From positions 1 to 27,237 of the IMG/VR virus record IMGVR_UViG_3300007778_000327: DNA of 27,237 nucleotides; one strand, 5' to 3'. Below the pieces are notes generated by a model. The model was not told the DNA's origin. It saw only the letters and a list, made by a program, of their open reading frames with translations, and searched no databases. Within the stretch, counting starts at the first letter, position 1, and each line of letters opens with the position of its first letter. Of this stretch, positions 23,922 through 27,237 are shown piece after piece. The stretch comes from a virus. Lineage: Duplodnaviria; Caudoviricetes. The translations under genes were made by a program, and so were the position numbers.

Positions 23922-25193
23922 ATGCTACATTTCAATCAATTTTCTAAGCTCAAAGAAGCCACGATAGTCAATCAAACGACTTATACGACTGGGCATAAAC
24001 TCGAGTTGCGCAAAACCGCAAAGGACGTATTGAAAGACGCCCTTAAAGGCGATATAGAATTGGCTGACCCGCAAGAGGCAATTGAACTTGTTATCGGTAA
24101 GGGCACTGCTTCTGTATACGTTAAATCTGGTGGACAAGTATATAAGATTGTTGGTTCGGAATCGGGCATCAACGGTTCGTTCAATCACGCTGGTGGCGGT
24201 AAATCAGATACCCATAAAAAGACTCGTTGTAAAGAAGCAATGAGCGTTATTGTATTCAAGCATTGGCAAGAGACTGGTTCACTTATCGACGAAGATAGCG
24301 CGATTAAAGAACTAACTAAGTGGGGTGCCGACCCATCTGTATATGGTTCAACTTACTACACAAGCGCCAAACTACAGCTTGAATCGTTTAAGAAAATCAA
24401 GCGTATGGGTACTATGCACTTCGAGTTTCAGGGCGACACCTATTCGGCTCCCATCTACGCTAAAGCAAAAGCATTGGGTGGACCTAAGTCTGCGGACAAC
24501 TGGAACCCTGCGGATATCTGGCTATTCAACGATTCTTGGAAAGGTAATCTGAAAACTGAACTGGATAAGATCGAACACATTCAAGAACTGAACCTTTGGA
24601 TTCGTCGCCATTACGTTAAGAAAAACATTGTCCCTATTTCCCTCAAACAAGCTTCCGGAAAATCACACATCGAACTAATCGAACCTATCAAATACAAAAA
24701 CCGCCAGCTTGATTATGACTTTACTTTGAACCGTATCATTATTGCTGGTTCTTGTAAGTCCGTATTCGTTGAGACTAACTCAGGCTTCCAGTTTAAGGCA
24801 AACGCTCGCGCTGCTAAGGATAATCCAAACCTATTCTACGAAGGTACTATGAAGAAGGAAAACTTCTCTATGGGCGCTATTGATAAACCTGAGTGGGATC
24901 GTTTCTCTCGCGGTGAAGTTCCGGCAGGTAAGACTATCAAGCCAACTGACGGTTTGTTGAGCCGCTCGCTTGCCACGTATACTAAGTACAAAGACGTTAT
25001 CCTACAAAAAGATAATGAGAACCTATGGGCTCCAGACTTTAATTCTATGGATAACCTAGCCAAGCAGCGCTACATTCACTGCGCGGACTTCCTTAAGTTC
25101 GTTATGGAAAATTACGAAGAAACTATTCGCTTCGGCTTCTTTGCCTCTATGAAAGTTTCAGACATTAACTCAATGTACCTGAAGATTAAGTAA
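23922..25193 (+). CDS. Late protein with a PD-(D/E)xK-like nuclease motif and a capsid-targeting-like leader
   Basis: MLHFNQFSKLKE; E...DNWNPADIW...PISLK. Confidence 0.6.
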   Translation: MLHFNQFSKLKEATIVNQTTYTTGHKLELRKTAKDVLKDALKGDIELADPQEAIELVIGKGTASVYVKSGGQVYKIVGSESGINGSFNHAGGGKSDTHKKTRCKEAMSVIVFKHWQETGSLIDEDSAIKELTKWGADPSVYGSTYYTSAKLQLESFKKIKRMGTMHFEFQGDTYSAPIYAKAKALGGPKSADNWNPADIWLFNDSWKGNLKTELDKIEHIQELNLWIRRHYVKKNIVPISLKQASGKSHIELIEPIKYKNRQLDYDFTLNRIIIAGSCKSVFVETNSGFQFKANARAAKDNPNLFYEGTMKKENFSMGAIDKPEWDRFSRGEVPAGKTIKPTDGLLSRSLATYTKYKDVILQKDNENLWAPDFNSMDNLAKQRYIHCADFLKFVMENYEETIRFGFFASMKVSDINSMYLKIK

Positions 25194-25194
25194 T

Positions 25195-25791
25195 ATGAAA
25201 AAGTTTAAAGATTTTATCTCTGAAGAGAAAGACGGCAACCCTTGCTGGAAAGGTTACAAGCAGCTTGGTATGAAGAAGAAAGGCGACAAAGAAGTACCTA
25301 ATTGTGTGCCTGAAGAGAATGAACTTGAAGAACGTTCTACAGGTCAACAAATTAAAACAATGGTCGGTAAATTCTTCAATAAGAAAAATTATAAAGCAGC
25401 GGCTGAATATGCTAAGAAATCTGGTAAAAAGGCAGCTGACGTTGCTCGTATGTATAAGGGTGTCGATGCCAGAGAATTAGCTTCTATGATCGGCGAAGAT
25501 ACTGAACTTGAAGAGTCTGCTGAATACCAAGGTAAGAAAGTGACCCTTAACAACCCATTCCGATTGCCCTCTGGTTCTAAAAAGAAGTTTGGCGTGTACG
25601 TAAAAAACGACAAAGGCAATGTCGTGATGGTTAAGTTTGGCGACCCTAATATGGAAATAAAACGTGATGACCCAGAACGTCGCAAGTCATTCCGCGCTCG
25701 TCATGGTTGTGATACAGACCCTGGTCCAAAATGGAAAGCAAAATTTTGGAGTTGTCACCAATGGAGAGCTGGCGCAAAGGTGGATAATTAA
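25195..25791 (+). CDS. Modular internal-head-like protein (DUF6321-like C-terminus)
   Basis: MKKFKDFISEE leader; CWKGY...VPNCVP module; two ELEE linkers; FGDPNM...RKSFRARHGC...WSC. Confidence 0.75.
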   Translation: MKKFKDFISEEKDGNPCWKGYKQLGMKKKGDKEVPNCVPEENELEERSTGQQIKTMVGKFFNKKNYKAAAEYAKKSGKKAADVARMYKGVDARELASMIGEDTELEESAEYQGKKVTLNNPFRLPSGSKKKFGVYVKNDKGNVVMVKFGDPNMEIKRDDPERRKSFRARHGCDTDPGPKWKAKFWSCHQWRAGAKVDN

Positions 25792-27237
25792 TGAAAGGCT
25801 TCACTCAGTTCCTAAACGAGACTATAATTAAAAAGGATGGTAAGTATCGTCTGGTGTCAAAGTCAGGTAAGAACCTTGGTGAATTTGATACTAGAGATGA
25901 AGCCGAGGAGCGCGAGCGCGAGATTCAATACTTTAAAAGTAAAAATGAAGAGCATGGCGCAGGCGAAGAAGGCACACCGGAATTATTAAGGAAGTATAAA
26001 AAAGATACCCCAATGGAAGGTTTCGATGCTTTCAGTTCTTTACTCACCGAAGAAAAGAACACCCATATGACGCACATCGAAGATCAGGTTATCTATGGTG
26101 GTGTTAACGGAGCGCGGGAAGCCATCCTAGCTCTCAGGTCCCTCCGCGATATGCTCGCAGGTAATAGTAAAGGATCGACTGACGTAACTGTTAAATGGGA
26201 TGGCGCTCCTGCCGTTTTCTGTGGTATAGACCCTGAAGACGGTAAATTCTTTGTGGCAAAGAAAGGTATCTTTAATAAGAACCCGAAAGTCTATAAAACT
26301 AAACAGGATATCTACGACGACATAGATAATGCAGAGTTGGCTCAGAAGATGCTTGTTTCTCTTGAAGAGCTATCTAAACTAGGAATTAAAGGCGTTGTTC
26401 AAGGTGACATCATGTTTACTGACGACGTCAAGGAAGAGACAATTGACGGCGAAAAATATCTTACTTTTCATCCTAATACTATTGTGTACGCTGTACCTAG
26501 TGAATCAGAAGCCGCTCGGAGTATTCGTAAAGCCAAAATCGGTGTCGTGTTCCATACAGCCTACAATGGGTCTTCCTTCGCCGACATGCGAGCGAGTTAT
26601 GGAGTAGACGTAAGTAAGTTCAAATCAGTTCCTACAGTATGGGCGGAAAGTGCTACGTTGAAAGACTTATCGGGCACTGTAACTCTAACGCAAAAAGATA
26701 CAAAAGAAGTTACTGATGCGCTGTCAACCGCAGGTAAGATTTTCTCGCGAATATCTGGTTCTACGTTAAGAGAACTAGAAGCTCATCCTGATTTACCACG
26801 TTTGATTGAGACTTATAATAACTCCTTTGTACGCAAGGGTGAAGTCATCAAGGATACCAGAAATCACGTTGAAGGTTTGATCAAATTCATTGAAGAACGT
26901 TACGCAAAAGAAATTGATAAGCGCAAGTCTGAGAAAGGTAAGCAGGCTCAACGAGACAAGTTGGACACTATCCTTGAATTTTTTAATCGTAAAAACAAGC
27001 CATCTTTGGTCCAGATTTTTGAATTACAGAAGGCTATCGTCAACGCCAAGATGATAGTTATTAAGAAACTAAATAAGCTAAATAATATAAATACTTTTGT
27101 TAAGACCAAGAATGGCTTTAAGGTTACTGGCGCAGAAGGGTTTGTTGCTATAGACCATATGAAAGGTGGAGCGGTTAAGCTCGTCGATCGTATGGAGTTT
27201 TCAATGAACAACTTTGATCCAGATATTGTGAAAGGTT
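25791..27237 (+). CDS. DUF6267-like protein with ligase-type nucleotidyltransferase motifs; 3'-truncated and absent from the ORF track
   Basis: Frame read by hand from ATG 25791 and in phase at the window end: MKGFTQFLNE, KNTHMTHIED, VKWDGAPA, QGDIMF, PNTIVYAVP, EGFVAID, AVKLVDRMEFS. Confidence 0.8.
   Translation, partial: MKGFTQFLNETIIKKDGKYRLVSKSGKNLGEFDTRDEAEEREREIQYFKSKNEEHGAGEEGTPELLRKYKKDTPMEGFDAFSSLLTEEKNTHMTHIEDQVIYGGVNGAREAILALRSLRDMLAGNSKGSTDVTVKWDGAPAVFCGIDPEDGKFFVAKKGIFNKNPKVYKTKQDIYDDIDNAELAQKMLVSLEELSKLGIKGVVQGDIMFTDDVKEETIDGEKYLTFHPNTIVYAVPSESEAARSIRKAKIGVVFHTAYNGSSFADMRASYGVDVSKFKSVPTVWAESATLKDLSGTVTLTQKDTKEVTDALSTAGKIFSRISGSTLRELEAHPDLPRLIETYNNSFVRKGEVIKDTRNHVEGLIKFIEERYAKEIDKRKSEKGKQAQRDKLDTILEFFNRKNKPSLVQIFELQKAIVNAKMIVIKKLNKLNNINTFVKTKNGFKVTGAEGFVAIDHMKGGAVKLVDRMEFSMNNFDPDIVKG

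Noticed and set aside
24720-24750. TTTACT matches at 24720 and 14992 as promoters
   Set aside because: No -10 hexamer at 17-nt spacing.
465-27211. Many short antisense and alternate-frame ORFs in the ORF track
   Set aside because: They lie within well-supported genes and show no recognisable motifs; treated as shadow ORFs. Only 12291-13031 is accepted on the minus strand.
1-27237. tRNA, rRNA or CRISPR arrays
   Set aside because: Intergenic gaps are short, and no cloverleaf or repeat-spacer pattern was seen by eye; tRNAscan-SE was not run.

Overview
This window is a fragment of a T4-like myophage genome, almost all on the + strand; the host is probably proteobacterial (inference). It holds the replication module: gp44, a DexA-like exonuclease, gp62, regA, gp43 polymerase, DNA ligase, uvsX, gp41 helicase, dCMP deaminase, ThyX and two MazG-like enzymes. 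A stress module (GroES-like, Hsp20 with a ROSE-like RNA thermometer, peroxiredoxin) sits between regA and gp43. The main finding is a ~7.3 kb predicted DNA hypermodification cluster (10857-18139): TET/JBP-type 2OG-Fe(II) dioxygenase, Ntn glutamine amidotransferase, amidoligase, GNAT, GIY-YIG-like/ParB fusion, amino acid:DNA transferase (aGPT-Pplase2-like) and P-loop kinase, interrupted by an antisense HNH homing endonuclease. The phage encodes ThyX, and no dUMP hydroxymethylase is seen in the window, so 5hmU may be made on DNA after replication. The dioxygenase, GNAT and transferase end in the same LxxF(F/M) tail as gp43, suggesting they dock on the sliding clamp. The window ends in a late operon of proteins with capsid-targeting-like leaders, including a PD-(D/E)xK-like nuclease and a ligase-like KxDG protein. 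All calls come from motif recognition by eye; no searches were run.
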